A DNA stretch of 64,000 bases from an uncultured Chitinophagaceae bacterium. GTDB lineage: Bacteria; Bacteroidota; Bacteroidia; Chitinophagales; Chitinophagaceae. Shown here piece after piece: positions 10,581-21,366 of the stretch (position 1 is the first letter of the stretch; each line of letters opens with the position of its first letter). A model generated the notes under the pieces. The model saw nothing but the letters and a program-made list of their open reading frames with translations. It did no database searches and was not told the DNA's origin. The stretch covers positions 102,662 through 166,661 of the forward strand of contig CAVOLS010000001.1 in NCBI GenBank assembly GCA_963696835.1, written 5' to 3'. The translations under genes were made by a program, and so were the position numbers.

Positions 10581-11303
10581 ATGAAGGTTCAGTTATTCAT
10601 ACCCTGTTTTGTTGATCAGTTGTATCCGGAAACGGCATTCAACATGGTGAAGGTGCTTGAAAAAGCATGCTGCGATGTGGCTTATAACACTAACCAAACC
10701 TGTTGCGGGCAGCCAGCTTTCAATGCGGGTTTTTTGGAGGAAGCGAAGTCTGTCGCCGCAAAATTCATCAAAGATTTTGACACGCCTGACTATGTCGTAG
10801 CTCCTTCAGCTTCCTGCGTCGGATTTGTAAGGAATTATTATGGCGGCCTGTTTGAAAATTCTTCCCAGCACAACCTGGTAAAGGATCTTTCAAAGCGAAT
10901 TTTTGAATTCACGGAGTTTCTTACCAACATCCTTACAATAGAAAATTTTGGAGCGGTCCTCAATGCCAAAGCAACTTATCATGATAGCTGCGCAGGATTG
11001 AGGGAATGCAAAATAAAAGAAGGTCCGCGCGCACTGCTAAAAAAAGTTAAGGGGCTTGAGCTGGTTGAAATGCTTGAAACCGGGACGTGCTGCGGATTTG
11101 GCGGAACTTTCTCTGTCAAGTTTGAGGAAATCTCCAATGCGATGGCCGATCAAAAAATTACCCACGCGCTGAATACGGGCGCTTCACATATCATATCCAC
11201 GGATCTGAGCTGCCTCATGCACCTCGATGGAATCATTACAAAAAGGGCACTTCCGCTGAAAACGATGCACATTGCCGATGTATTGGCAAGCGGATGGGAA
11301 TAG
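10581..11303 (+). CDS. CCG-domain Fe-S oxidoreductase (LutA/YkgE family)
   Basis: QTCCGQPA, YHDSC, CCGFGGTFSVK, DLSCLMH. Confidence 0.88.
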   Translation: MKVQLFIPCFVDQLYPETAFNMVKVLEKACCDVAYNTNQTCCGQPAFNAGFLEEAKSVAAKFIKDFDTPDYVVAPSASCVGFVRNYYGGLFENSSQHNLVKDLSKRIFEFTEFLTNILTIENFGAVLNAKATYHDSCAGLRECKIKEGPRALLKKVKGLELVEMLETGTCCGFGGTFSVKFEEISNAMADQKITHALNTGASHIISTDLSCLMHLDGIITKRALPLKTMHIADVLASGWE

Positions 11304-11477
11304 TACTGAAACATGAAGGTAACAGTACTCTTCATCCTGACAAAAAAATAGCGTTTAGCTGTTACTGTTATATGCCATTTTCATTATTTGAAAAGCAAAA
11401 AAAACTTCAAAAAAATATAATTAAATTTTTTCTCACTCCATAACCGATATTTGGAATTTCAAATCAAAAGGTGAAAA

Positions 11478-11960
11478 ATGCTTATTAAAACTAAACTTTC
11501 CCAGGAGGATTATATCAGGGGAAATTTTGTGCTGCTTTATAGTAAAATATCTGTATTAATTTTTACAGGAATTATTGTTTTGGTTTTGCTTGCGATGATC
11601 CTCGCCGCAATCATTCTTCCTGATTTTTCTATTACGCAGATCATGTTTCCTCTTCTGATGCTGATTGCTTTTCCAATGGCCACTTTCTTTAGTGCTAAAA
11701 GGAATTATTCCGCAAATCCGATGACAGGTGAAACCATTGAATATAGATTTGAAAGGGATTATTTTTCAGTAAAAGGCGAAACGTTCGACAGCCAGATTCC
11801 GTGGAACCGCATTCATAAAGTTACCCTGAAAAAAAATTGGCTGCTTGTTTGGCAAAATTTTCAAAACGCTAATCCAATCCCTCGAAAGGATATCTCCCAA
11901 ACCGATCTCGCATTGATCCGGCAAATTCTGAACGATCAAAATGTAAAGAATAATTTATGA
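11478..11960 (+). CDS. YcxB-like membrane protein
   Basis: Two N-terminal TM helices followed by a soluble domain with IPW...IP motifs. Confidence 0.7.
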   Translation: MLIKTKLSQEDYIRGNFVLLYSKISVLIFTGIIVLVLLAMILAAIILPDFSITQIMFPLLMLIAFPMATFFSAKRNYSANPMTGETIEYRFERDYFSVKGETFDSQIPWNRIHKVTLKKNWLLVWQNFQNANPIPRKDISQTDLALIRQILNDQNVKNNL

Positions 11961-11986
11961 GTGCAGGCGTTAGGGTTATGAGCAAC

Positions 11987-12598
11987 TTAATGGATTCTGT
12001 CGCCACGAACTTCCATTTCCAACATCACTCCTGTTTCATAAGCAATCCATTCTTTCCATCTTTTCCTCACTTTTTCTTTTGGTAAATAGGTGTCGGAAAG
12101 GTTGATGAATAAAGTATAATGACCGGCTTCGCTTTCCATAAATTTTCTGTAGAAATTTCGCATGTAATCATCGGACAAGCCCTCGCTTAATCTTTTAAAT
12201 CGCTCGCAGCTTCTTGCCTCTATCAGAGCCATCGTTAAAAGCTGATCTAAAAACCTTTCTTCCGGGCTACCCCCTTTTTTCTGAAATTCCAGCAACTTAT
12301 TCACATAAAGATCTTTACGCTGTTTCCCCAAAGGCAGATTGCGTTTTCGCAGTTCCGCGATCACCTGTCTGAAGTGCCCCCATTCCTCAGTAACAATTGG
12401 TGACAACGAGTTGACCAGTTCATCCTTGTCATTATATTTTTGAATAAGCGAGATGCAGGTAGTAGCGGCTTTTTGTTCACACCATGCATGATCCGTTAAT
12501 ATTTCTTCAAGTGAAATCGACGCGAGATCAACCCATCTCGGGTCAGTAACTAATTGCAATCCTAAAATATTCTTTGTGTCCTGAGAGATAGATTCCAT
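11987..12598 (-). CDS. miaE: tRNA-(ms2io6A37) hydroxylase, ferritin-like di-iron enzyme
   Basis: DHAWCEQKAA, EEWGHF, LIEARSCERF, SEAGHY. Confidence 0.93.
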   Translation of the reverse strand: MESISQDTKNILGLQLVTDPRWVDLASISLEEILTDHAWCEQKAATTCISLIQKYNDKDELVNSLSPIVTEEWGHFRQVIAELRKRNLPLGKQRKDLYVNKLLEFQKKGGSPEERFLDQLLTMALIEARSCERFKRLSEGLSDDYMRNFYRKFMESEAGHYTLFINLSDTYLPKEKVRKRWKEWIAYETGVMLEMEVRGDRIH

Positions 12599-12833
12599 GG
12601 TTCAAAAGTAGAATCTATATGGCAATTTTTTGCGCTAATTTTACTTTTATAAAAAACACTTTCAACAAAAAGGAATAAAGAATAAAGAGCGGTCAGAAAA
12701 GAAAATATGGCTTACAAAGTGGCTTGCTGAAACAGTATCACAAAAGTCTCAATGCTGTAAAAAGATTATTGACGAAATTTGCACCAAGTTCAACCGATCG
12801 CCTCTAAATAGAATTTTAATTCTCCTGACATTT

Positions 12834-14669
12834 ATGAAACACCTAAAGTCATTAAACAAATATTTCTGGAAATACAAATGGCTGTTTTTATTAGGGATGA
12901 TCTTCATTGTCCTTTCCAACTATTTCAGAATTCTCGCGCCTCAGGTAACAAAATATGTTTTGAATACTGTTGAAATCAGTTTGAAAAAGGATGCTGCTCT
13001 TGTTGAAACCAGCGCCGTAACACATTATGATCCGTTGGTTGATGTTTTTATCCGGAATCTCAACCATTCGGGAACGCCTTTCAAAACAAAAATTCTATAT
13101 TCCGGAATTATCCTGCTTGTATTGGCATTGATCAGTGGCTTCTTCATGTTTTTGATGAGGCAAACGATCATTGTAATGAGCCGCCACATTGAGTTTGATC
13201 AAAAGAATGAAATTTTTAAACATTACCAGGATCTTGATTCCGCTTTTTATAAAGTTCATAATACGGGTGATTTGATGAGCAGGATTTCCGAGGACGTTAG
13301 CCGTGTAAGGAGTTATACAGGACCAGCAGTCATGTATCTGATCAACCTTGCAGCGACTATTGGCTTTTCCGTTTCTTATATGCTGAATGAAAACAAAGAA
13401 TTAACGTTGTATGTACTTGCGCCACTGCCCATTCTGGCAGTTACCATTTATTATGTCAACACCATTATCAATCGAAAGGCCGACAGGATTCAGGCTTTGC
13501 TCTCTGACCTGACAACCAATGCGCAGGAATCATATTCAGGAATCCGTGTAATCAAGTCTTTTGTTCAGGAAAAAGCAATGGAAGGATTCTTTAAAAAGAA
13601 CAGTGAAGACTACAGGAGCAATGCGATTTCACTCGCTAAAACAGAAGCCATTTATTTCCCTTCGATGGGATTAATGATCGGTCTCAGCACCCTCCTAACG
13701 ATCATGATTGGCGGCTTTTATGTAATAAACGGAAGCATGACGATCGGGGTGATCGGGGAATTTATCATGTACCTGCTCCTTCTTACTTTTCCTGTTAGCG
13801 CAATCGGGTGGACGGCAAGTATGATCCAAAGAGCCGCAACCTCACAGCGACGCATAAACGAATTTTTGCACACAGTGCCGGCGATTCAAAATGCTCCTGA
13901 AGCAAGGGAAATAATTCTTAAAGGTGATATCGAATTCAAGCACGTTGATTTCATTTATCCCCATACCGGAATCCATGCGATAAAAGATTTTACGCTGAAA
14001 ATAAACGAAGGCGAAAAGATAGCGGTCATCGGAAAAACAGGTTCAGGAAAATCTACACTCGCCCAGTTGTTGCTCAGGATGCAGGATCCACAAAATGGAA
14101 AGATATGTTATGATGGGATCAATATAAAAGAGATCGATTTGAAAACCCTCCGTTCCCAGATCTGTTATGTTCCGCAGGATGTTTTCCTGTTCAGCGATTC
14201 AGTAAAAAACAATATCGGTTTTGCCCTGAAAGATCCGCAAATCGAAAGGGTAATGGAGGCGGCTCAATATGCCGCTGTGGATAGGGAAATCCAATCGTTT
14301 CCTGAAAAGTATGAGACGCTGATAGGCGAGCGTGGAGTAACTTTAAGCGGCGGGCAAAAGCAAAGGATTTCCATAGCCCGCGCATTAATAAAAGACCATC
14401 AGATTGTGATTTTTGATGATTGCCTCAGCGCCGTTGATGCAAAGACGGAAAATGAAATTATCTCCAACCTTTATAATTATTTAGAAGCAAAAACTGCTAT
14501 CATCATTACCCACAGGATTTTTTCGCTTTTCAATTTCGACAAGATAATTGTTTTGAAAGATGGCGCTATCGCGGAGCAGGGAACCCATCAGACATTGCTG
14601 GAATTGAACGGACTTTATGCGGAAATGTACAGGCATCAGCAGGAGCAGGAAAGAAATGTACATGCTTGA
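12834..14669 (+). CDS. ABC transporter, fused permease/ATPase (MdlA/MsbA-like)
   Basis: Six-TM domain, GKTGSGKST, LSGGQKQR, DDCLSAVD. Confidence 0.93.
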   Translation: MKHLKSLNKYFWKYKWLFLLGMIFIVLSNYFRILAPQVTKYVLNTVEISLKKDAALVETSAVTHYDPLVDVFIRNLNHSGTPFKTKILYSGIILLVLALISGFFMFLMRQTIIVMSRHIEFDQKNEIFKHYQDLDSAFYKVHNTGDLMSRISEDVSRVRSYTGPAVMYLINLAATIGFSVSYMLNENKELTLYVLAPLPILAVTIYYVNTIINRKADRIQALLSDLTTNAQESYSGIRVIKSFVQEKAMEGFFKKNSEDYRSNAISLAKTEAIYFPSMGLMIGLSTLLTIMIGGFYVINGSMTIGVIGEFIMYLLLLTFPVSAIGWTASMIQRAATSQRRINEFLHTVPAIQNAPEAREIILKGDIEFKHVDFIYPHTGIHAIKDFTLKINEGEKIAVIGKTGSGKSTLAQLLLRMQDPQNGKICYDGINIKEIDLKTLRSQICYVPQDVFLFSDSVKNNIGFALKDPQIERVMEAAQYAAVDREIQSFPEKYETLIGERGVTLSGGQKQRISIARALIKDHQIVIFDDCLSAVDAKTENEIISNLYNYLEAKTAIIITHRIFSLFNFDKIIVLKDGAIAEQGTHQTLLELNGLYAEMYRHQQEQERNVHA

Positions 14670-14689
14670 TTATGGGCAGTTTCATTTAT

Positions 14690-14719
14690 TTTGCCATTTC
14701 AAAAACAATTTTATCTTTG
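14690..14719 (+). promoter_or_regulatory. Sigma-A promoter (-33 TTTG / -7 TATCTTTG)
   Basis: TTTG at 14690 and TATCTTTG at 14712. Confidence 0.55.
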
Positions 14720-14762
14720 CTCCAATAACAAAAGCGTTTAAAAACATTTAAATTTTCAAAAA

Positions 14763-15257
14763 GTGGCGTACGAAAACAATGACAAAAAGATGGAGAGTGT
14801 TTACAGCCAGCGTATCAGGGCCGGCAAGAGGAGAACTTATTTCTTTGATGTAAGGGAAACACGTGGCAACGATTATTATCTTACTATCACTGAAAGCCGT
14901 AAAAGATTTAATGAAGATGGATATGACAGGCATAAAATTTTTCTGTACAAGGAAGATTTTAACAAGTTTTTGAAAGGAATGGCAGAAGCCATTGAGTATG
15001 TCAAAACCGAACTGATGCCTGATTTTGATTTCGATGCTTTCAATCATGAAAACTCAGAAAATTACGAAGGTTCTTATGATGCTAAAAAAGAGGGCACGGA
15101 TCATGAAATTGAAAACAGCGAGGCTCCTTCTGAAGAAAAATCTGAAGAGCCAACTGGAATAGCCGCAGCCGCAACTCCTGAAATAGATGATCTTCCACTA
15201 GAAAATAACGAAGGCACGATACCTGATAGCACTCACGAAGAAGTGGATAAATGGTAA
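14763..15257 (+). CDS. PUR-family nucleic-acid-binding protein (DUF3276) with acidic tail
   Basis: RAGKRRTYFFDV, DYYLTITES, HKIFLYKEDF; GTG start. Confidence 0.88.
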   Translation: MAYENNDKKMESVYSQRIRAGKRRTYFFDVRETRGNDYYLTITESRKRFNEDGYDRHKIFLYKEDFNKFLKGMAEAIEYVKTELMPDFDFDAFNHENSENYEGSYDAKKEGTDHEIENSEAPSEEKSEEPTGIAAAATPEIDDLPLENNEGTIPDSTHEEVDKW

Positions 15258-15280
15258 AAAGCTTCTTTTGATTTTTATCC

Positions 15281-15309
15281 TCCTCCCGGTTTCCGGGAGG
15301 ATTTTTTTT
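15281..15309 (+). terminator. Intrinsic terminator
   Basis: TCCTCCCGG-TTT-CCGGGAGGA followed by T8. Confidence 0.8.
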
Positions 15310-15356
15310 GCACTCCTTTGCAGATAATCCCATTAATCTATCATGTTCCGCTTATA

Positions 15357-15701
15357 TTATTTAAGCCTCGAAAATTGAATGCCTTCTTTTTTATCCCAGG
15401 CCGTTGGCTTAAATGGATTAGGGATCGGAACAGGCACTATTTTTTGTGAATCGAAACGAAGCCATGGCCGTTCAAGCGTTCCATTATATACCGGCATGTT
15501 GGAATGGATTTCCGGGGCAAGACAAGGCATATTATCCAACGGCAACCCGTAAACTTTTCCCCTTTTATTTTCAAATAAAAATTTTGCATTTGGAACATTA
15601 AATGCCAGTTGTTCATGTGCATTTACAAAAACGGTATCCATTTGAGCAACACAAAGATTGAAGGACAAAGTCAATGAAAAGGAAATGAGGAAATATTTCA
15701 T
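15357..15701 (-). CDS. Small secreted hypothetical protein
   Basis: Signal peptide; LPLDNMPCL segment. Confidence 0.65.
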   Translation of the reverse strand: MKYFLISFSLTLSFNLCVAQMDTVFVNAHEQLAFNVPNAKFLFENKRGKVYGLPLDNMPCLAPEIHSNMPVYNGTLERPWLRFDSQKIVPVPIPNPFKPTAWDKKEGIQFSRLK

Positions 15702-15752
15702 TTTAGTGGAATTAAGAAATCGAATTTACAAATAAATCCGTTGGTAATTAAA

Positions 15753-16442
15753 TTAACCAAAACCTGCGATCAGGTTGATCGTAAGCGCGATCATGATCGT
15801 ATTGAAGCCGAAGGAAAGCAAGCCATGAAAAAGAGCAGTTCTCCTTATCTTTTTAGAGGTTATCTGTACGTCTGAAACCTGAAATGTCATTCCCAGCACA
15901 AATGAAAAATAGGCGAAATCAAAATAATCAACATTATTATTTCCCGGAAAAATCAGGCCACCGGCATGAGTGTCTTTAAACGTTTCATGATCGCCGTAAA
16001 AAATATGCGCATATCGCAGCGTAAAAATAGTATGGATCAAAATCCAGGAGAGCAGCATTCCGGCAATAGCAATCGACAGTTGAAAAGGCTCCCTGCCCAC
16101 TGTATGCTTTTTTGTTACGATCAACAAAAGCACGGCTAAAAATCCTGCAAGATTTGCGATGAGTACGATGATGAAAATGAGCGTCCTGCTCGAATCCTGG
16201 AATTTGGATTGCTGCCTTATCTGTATTGAATCGGTTACAGAAAAGGTGATCCATGACATAACGATCATGCATAGACTAAATATATCCCAGCCGATCATGA
16301 TGTTGCTAAGCATTTCATTTCGCCGCGTTTTCAAAACCATGAAAAAAACCACCGCGATCAAAATGCTAATAAGAAGTTTGGGAACCGAATGGATCCGTTC
16401 GAAAAATGAAATATTTTCGCTTCCTAGATTTTTTTTTCGCAT
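15753..16442 (-). CDS. DUF1345 membrane protein
   Basis: HTIFTLRYAH, DFAYFSFVLGMTFQVSDV. Confidence 0.9.
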   Translation of the reverse strand: MRKKNLGSENISFFERIHSVPKLLISILIAVVFFMVLKTRRNEMLSNIMIGWDIFSLCMIVMSWITFSVTDSIQIRQQSKFQDSSRTLIFIIVLIANLAGFLAVLLLIVTKKHTVGREPFQLSIAIAGMLLSWILIHTIFTLRYAHIFYGDHETFKDTHAGGLIFPGNNNVDYFDFAYFSFVLGMTFQVSDVQITSKKIRRTALFHGLLSFGFNTIMIALTINLIAGFG

Positions 16443-16464
16443 ACGGAATTATTGAATGATTTTT

Positions 16465-16700
16465 CAAATGTAAAATGTTTGGCTGTTTATGAGCAAAATG
16501 TTTTTTTACTGACCAAACTGCAAGGGCGAAGGCAGCAAACGGACTTTTTTCCAGCAATATTTTTTATTCTACTTATCCATCATTTTAAGCAAACGTTTCA
16601 AAGTTTTTTTTGAGCTAAGGCACTAAAGAAAATTGACTTTTTTAAAAGTTTTCTTCAGGCACATATCCAGCAAACGGACTTTTTCTGTAAGATTCATTTT
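16465..16700. repeat. Cluster of the dispersed motif
   Basis: Exact CAGCAAACGGACTTTTT at 16533 and 16668; degenerate copies near 16480, 16490, 16587 and 16630. Confidence 0.75.
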
Positions 16701-16711
16701 ATTGATAACTC

Positions 16712-16752
16712 AAAAAAAAAGCGCAGCCAAATCATCACTGAATTGGCTGCGC
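16712..16752 (-). terminator. Intrinsic terminator of the porin gene
   Basis: GCGCAGCCAA...TTGGCTGCGC preceded by an A run on the + strand. Confidence 0.75.
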
Positions 16753-16776
16753 GAATTAATGGGTTGTAAATACTGA

Positions 16777-17370
16777 CTATTTGCGGCGGCTCATTTTTGT
16801 ATCACTGAACTGATAAAAAATCCCAAATTGAAAAACATTACTTTGAACCGTTGTTCCATTGTTATTGTCGCTAATGTTGCTGAGCCCGAAAACATACCGG
16901 GCGTCGAAGCCAAGTCCTGTATGGGTAAGGTAGCCGAGCCCTAAAGGGATTGAAAAAGCGGTGGATTTATAATTCTTATTTGCTACGCTTATATCACCGG
17001 TTTTTGTTTGCGCGCTAAGAAGGAAACCAATCTGCGGGCCACCTTCAATCCTGAAACCGTTATCAAACATATATTGCAGCAGGACGGGCACGTTCAGGTA
17101 ATTCAAATTGTAATTGTATTCTGCGCCGCCGATTTTTCCCTTCGCCCCTTCAAGGGAATAGATAACTTCGGGTTGGATCGCCCAGTTTTTTGAAGCGTGA
17201 ATATGGGCAAGCAAGCCTGCATGGAATCCAATTTTTGTATTGAGCTTCGTGTCATTATTAAAATGTAGTTCTGATGCGTTTAGTCCTCCTTTGATTCCAA
17301 AATGTGTGTGCTGTGCTTTTGCTCCCGCCAATAAGAAAAATGTTGCAGCAAAAATAATTGTCTTTTTCAT
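16777..17370 (-). CDS. Outer-membrane beta-barrel (PorT/porin family)
   Basis: Signal peptide, FGIKGGLN, IQPEVIYS, YLNVPVL, GPQIGFLL, DARY. Confidence 0.88.
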   Translation of the reverse strand: MKKTIIFAATFFLLAGAKAQHTHFGIKGGLNASELHFNNDTKLNTKIGFHAGLLAHIHASKNWAIQPEVIYSLEGAKGKIGGAEYNYNLNYLNVPVLLQYMFDNGFRIEGGPQIGFLLSAQTKTGDISVANKNYKSTAFSIPLGLGYLTHTGLGFDARYVFGLSNISDNNNGTTVQSNVFQFGIFYQFSDTKMSRRK

Positions 17371-17560
17371 AGTACTTGTTTTTAGATCTTTTACCAAAAT
17401 TGATAACTTAATTTTATGATTACCTCCCTTTAAACAAAACCCATACCTATTTTTAAAATTGCAGGACTGTTTTATATTTGCAACCTGTTTTCCTCCCTTT
17501 TCCAAGGGCTTGATTCATCCTGTAAATGTCTCATGCAAACCGGCGAAAACAGTAACTTTT

Positions 17561-18619
17561 ATGGCATTATTGCACAACCGTGTTTCCCAAAAAGAACTCA
17601 AGCAAAAATTATTTGAAGAAACAGAACCAAGGATCACCGTATCCTTCTACACGTATGCATTTATTGAAGATCCAACCGCATTCCGGGACAGCTTTTATGA
17701 AAATCTAAACGCTCTGAAAACCTTCGGGCGCATTTATGTTGCCCAGGAAGGAATCAACGCTCAGGCAAGCATTCCTGCGTCCCGTTTTGATGAGTTTAAA
17801 GCCTATCTGGATTCTATTCCATTCCTAAAAAATATTCGTTTAAACATTGCCGTTGATGATGATGGAAGAAGCTTTTGGGTGTTGAAGATAAAAGTGCGTG
17901 AAAAGATCGTTGCTGACGGAATCAACGACCCTCAATTCGACATGAGCAAGAAAGGAAAATATGTTGACGCAAAATCCTTTAATGAACTCGCTGCAGACCC
18001 GGAAACCGTCATCGTTGACATGCGCAATCACTATGAATATGAAGTGGGACATTTTGAAAACGCGATAGAAATTCCTTCAGACACATTCAGATCACAACTG
18101 CCCATGGCGGTGAATCTTCTCGAAGATAAAAAGGACAAAAATATTATCATGTATTGCACGGGTGGCATTCGCTGTGAAAAAGCCAGTGCCTACATGCTGC
18201 ACAATGGCTTCAAGAACGTCTATCACCTCGAAGGCGGCATTATTCAGTATGCCAATAAAGTGAAAGAGGAAGAATTGCCCAACAAATTTCTTGGGAAAAA
18301 TTTTGTCTTTGACGGAAGGCTTGGTGAAAAGATTGGAGAACAGGTAATAAGCCATTGTCATCAATGCGGCGATACCTGCGACTCTCATACCAATTGCGCC
18401 AATGAGGCTTGCCATTTGCTTTTCATTCAATGCGAGTCCTGCGCTAAAAAATTTGAAGGGTGTTGTTCAAAAGAATGTCAGTCAGAGAATCATTTGCCAG
18501 AGGCAGAAAGAAAAGAAAAGCGCAAAGGGAAAAAAAATGGCATCATGATCTTTAACAAGTCGCGGGAGAGAATGAATAATTTAATGGAAAATATGGACGC
18601 TGAAAAAATACATTCGTAA
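17561..18619 (+). CDS. trhO: tRNA uridine(34) hydroxylase, rhodanese UPF0176
   Basis: [35 protein letters not shown], Cys-rich C-terminus. Confidence 0.92.
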   Translation: MALLHNRVSQKELKQKLFEETEPRITVSFYTYAFIEDPTAFRDSFYENLNALKTFGRIYVAQEGINAQASIPASRFDEFKAYLDSIPFLKNIRLNIAVDDDGRSFWVLKIKVREKIVADGINDPQFDMSKKGKYVDAKSFNELAADPETVIVDMRNHYEYEVGHFENAIEIPSDTFRSQLPMAVNLLEDKKDKNIIMYCTGGIRCEKASAYMLHNGFKNVYHLEGGIIQYANKVKEEELPNKFLGKNFVFDGRLGEKIGEQVISHCHQCGDTCDSHTNCANEACHLLFIQCESCAKKFEGCCSKECQSENHLPEAERKEKRKGKKNGIMIFNKSRERMNNLMENMDAEKIHS

Positions 18620-18705
18620 ATTTCTACTCCTTTTGAAAAATCCCATTGCCATGAAAATTCAGTTATTTTCATGCATTAACATTCTGTATACTAAAATTGA
18701 AAGAA

Positions 18706-19230
18706 ATGAAAATAACCAACTTTGAATTCAAAGCAACCACAAAGAATGTCAAGGCTATGGAAAATAAACTACTTAAATTAAATCCGGTTTTTATTGGCGA
18801 AGACCACCAGGTTGACACCTATTTTAATGTTTCAAAAGGAAGGCTAAAACTCAGGGAAGGGAATATCGAAAATGCATTGATCTACTATGAAAGAATTGAC
18901 GTCGCTGAAGCGAAGGAGTCGGATATTTTATTGTACAAGCACGAGCCGGCCCCTGAATTAAAAGCAATACTTGTAAAAGTTCATGGCATAAAAGTGGTCG
19001 TAAATAAAACACGAAGGATTTATTTCATTAAAAACATAAAGTTTCATTTTGACCAGGTTGAGGGTCTCGGCACTTTTATCGAAGTGGAAGCGATAGACGA
19101 TTCCGGTTATGCAAGCCTTGAAAAATTAAAAGAAGAATGCCGGAAATACGCGGATTTTTTCGGCATAAAACAATCCGATTATGAAAAACTTTCCTACAGC
19201 GATCTTATTCTGGAAAAGCAGGAAGCCTAG
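18706..19230 (+). CDS. CYTH-domain protein (class IV adenylate cyclase-like)
   Basis: EFKA, QVDTYF, RLKLRE, LGTFIEVE. Confidence 0.85.
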   Translation: MKITNFEFKATTKNVKAMENKLLKLNPVFIGEDHQVDTYFNVSKGRLKLREGNIENALIYYERIDVAEAKESDILLYKHEPAPELKAILVKVHGIKVVVNKTRRIYFIKNIKFHFDQVEGLGTFIEVEAIDDSGYASLEKLKEECRKYADFFGIKQSDYEKLSYSDLILEKQEA

Positions 19231-19321
19231 CTGTGAGAGGAAGGTCTAAACATGTTATTTTCATAACGAGCTCCGGCAAACAAACTTTTTTTGGCTTTTT
19301 ATAATAATCCTGGGAAAGAAA

Positions 19322-19873
19322 TCATCTTTTCTGTTTTGAATAAACGGCTGTGTCGCTAAATTCTCCGCGAAAGAAAAAATTTTCTTTAAAATAAGCCTCC
19401 CTCACAAATCCTGTAGATTCCAAAAGCCTTGCTGACGCTATGTTTTCAGGATTAATCTGGGCTTCAATTGTGTGCAGATCCATTTCATTGAAACCAAAAT
19501 CAAGAACTGCTAAAAGAGCTTCTTTTATGATCCCTTTTCTCCAATATTCCGGCAAAAGCATGTAGCCGGTTTCAGCGCGGTAATTCTCTTTTATCAGCCG
19601 CCAATGGCCGATAGTTCCGATAAGCACATCAGGATTACTTTTCAGTTCGATCGCCCAGGTAATCCCATTATTTGCCTGCAGGGATTCTGAAATTCGGCAA
19701 ATGAATTCATGTGCGTCAAAGATGTTTCTTGCTGGTTCTTTGCCAATATATTTCATCACTCTGTCATCTGAACGAAGGGCAAGTATCTGTGCACCATCTT
19801 CTTTTTTTAACTTTCTTAATAGAAGCCTTTCAGTTTTCAATACGGGAAAAGGCGTAAAGCAGGGCTGCAGCAT
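19322..19873 (-). CDS. GNAT acetyltransferase, RimJ/RimL type
   Basis: LKTERLLLR, YWRKG, NIASARLLE..GF. Confidence 0.88.
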   Translation of the reverse strand: MLQPCFTPFPVLKTERLLLRKLKKEDGAQILALRSDDRVMKYIGKEPARNIFDAHEFICRISESLQANNGITWAIELKSNPDVLIGTIGHWRLIKENYRAETGYMLLPEYWRKGIIKEALLAVLDFGFNEMDLHTIEAQINPENIASARLLESTGFVREAYFKENFFFRGEFSDTAVYSKQKR

Positions 19874-19989
19874 TTTGATGAATTAAGTTTCCTCCATTAA
19901 ATGTCGGTCAATATTACTAATTAAACTAATTGTGGTTCAATCTTTGAATCATTTTCTCTACTTAATCTTCCATCAATAAATAAAATGTC

Positions 19990-20514
19990 ATGAAAAGAAT
20001 CTTCTCTCTCCTGCTCTTTGCAGGTTTGTTTCTTCAGGCCCATGCTCAAAAACCCGCCGAAGACAAAAGTAAAAGGCCTAGCCCTCCGGCAAAAGTCACT
20101 CAAAAAATCGCCAGCGGCGCAACCATTACCATCGATTACAGTCAGCCTTCCCTAAAAGGCAGAACTATTGGAAAAGACCTGGAACCGATGGAAGGCCAAG
20201 TGTGGCGTACGGGCGCCAATGAAGCCACCGTTTTTGAAACTGACAAGGCCGTAACTGTGAATGGCGCGCCGTTACCTGCCGGGAAATATGGATTTTTCAC
20301 GATCTTCAATGGCAACGATGTAACCCTGATTTTTAATAAAACCTGGAATCAATGGGGCGCATTTTCTTACAAAATGGCAGATGATCAAATGAGGGTGGAG
20401 GCGAAAGCAACTGAGGCAAATCCCGCTTCGGAAAAAATGACTTTTACCATTAGCCCCGCGGGACAAGTGAATTTATTATGGGGCAATAAAAAAGTAAGTT
20501 TTGAGGTGAAATAG
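19990..20514 (+). CDS. DUF2911 secreted protein
   Basis: Signal peptide, RPSP, IDYSQP, VWRTGANEAT. Confidence 0.88.
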   Translation: MKRIFSLLLFAGLFLQAHAQKPAEDKSKRPSPPAKVTQKIASGATITIDYSQPSLKGRTIGKDLEPMEGQVWRTGANEATVFETDKAVTVNGAPLPAGKYGFFTIFNGNDVTLIFNKTWNQWGAFSYKMADDQMRVEAKATEANPASEKMTFTISPAGQVNLLWGNKKVSFEVK

Positions 20515-20569
20515 CCTGTAACAGAACCAAAGGTTTCATATCAAATAAAATCCGGGAATGTACCCAGCA

Positions 20570-21220
20570 TTATTCCTGGATTTTATTTTTTAACCGGCTT
20601 AATGTTTCTATTCTCATGCCGAGAAAAGAGGCAACATATTTAAGGGGAACCCTATTGATAAGGCTATCGTGTTTTTCTATAAAAAAGCGATATTTTTCAG
20701 TTGCGTTTCCAATCCGGCACATGAGCGCCCTACCCTCTGCCGTCAGGTAATATTCCTGAAAAATATACCTCATGAAAATATGCACTTCAGGAAATTTATC
20801 AGATAAATATTGAAGATTTTTTTCACTCAATCCTTCCAGCATGCAATTTTCCAGCGCCTGGATGTTTTCAGTTGCCGGAAGTCCCCTGAAAAAGCTGCTG
20901 ATGGCAGTTTCCCAATCTTCTTCCACACTGATCCAGGTGGTTATTTCCTGCTTGCCTTTAATTACAAACCCCCTCGTGAGGCCTTTAATAATAAAGTACA
21001 TGTTGGAACAAATATCTCCCTCTTTTACCAGTAGCTCTCCTTTTTTCAAGCTTATCCGGAATGTCAATTTGCGAATTTCATTTTTTAATTCTTCGGAAAG
21101 TGGATAAAGCTTAGAAAGCGCCTCAGCAAGAAATGAATATTTGTATGCAAGAGAGTTTTGGGATTCTGTTTTTTCTATCATTTGCAGTTTGATGAAAATC
21201 TGTCTGGTAAAAATACGCAT
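20570..21220 (-). CDS. Crp/Fnr-family regulator
   Basis: cNMP-binding domain (YFIIKG..R, IQALE), VPLKYVASFLGM..ETLSR; start uncertain (21220 or 21181). Confidence 0.88.
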   Translation of the reverse strand: MRIFTRQIFIKLQMIEKTESQNSLAYKYSFLAEALSKLYPLSEELKNEIRKLTFRISLKKGELLVKEGDICSNMYFIIKGLTRGFVIKGKQEITTWISVEEDWETAISSFFRGLPATENIQALENCMLEGLSEKNLQYLSDKFPEVHIFMRYIFQEYYLTAEGRALMCRIGNATEKYRFFIEKHDSLINRVPLKYVASFLGMRIETLSRLKNKIQE

Positions 21221-21366
21221 TACTAATATCGCTTTGCTTAATGAACGAAAAAAAGTTTTGCAGAAAATAAGAAAGTAAAATCAGCTCCTGTCCTGAATAA
21301 AAAAGGAACAAAAAAACCTGTAGTTTTTTTACAGGCCTTTTTATTTTTTGAACGAAATGCGGCTAT

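Noticed and set aside
18706-21220. cAMP signalling module (CYTH cyclase plus Crp)
   Set aside because: The genes are not co-oriented or adjacent, many CYTH proteins are phosphatases, and Crp-like paralogues are abundant in Bacteroidota
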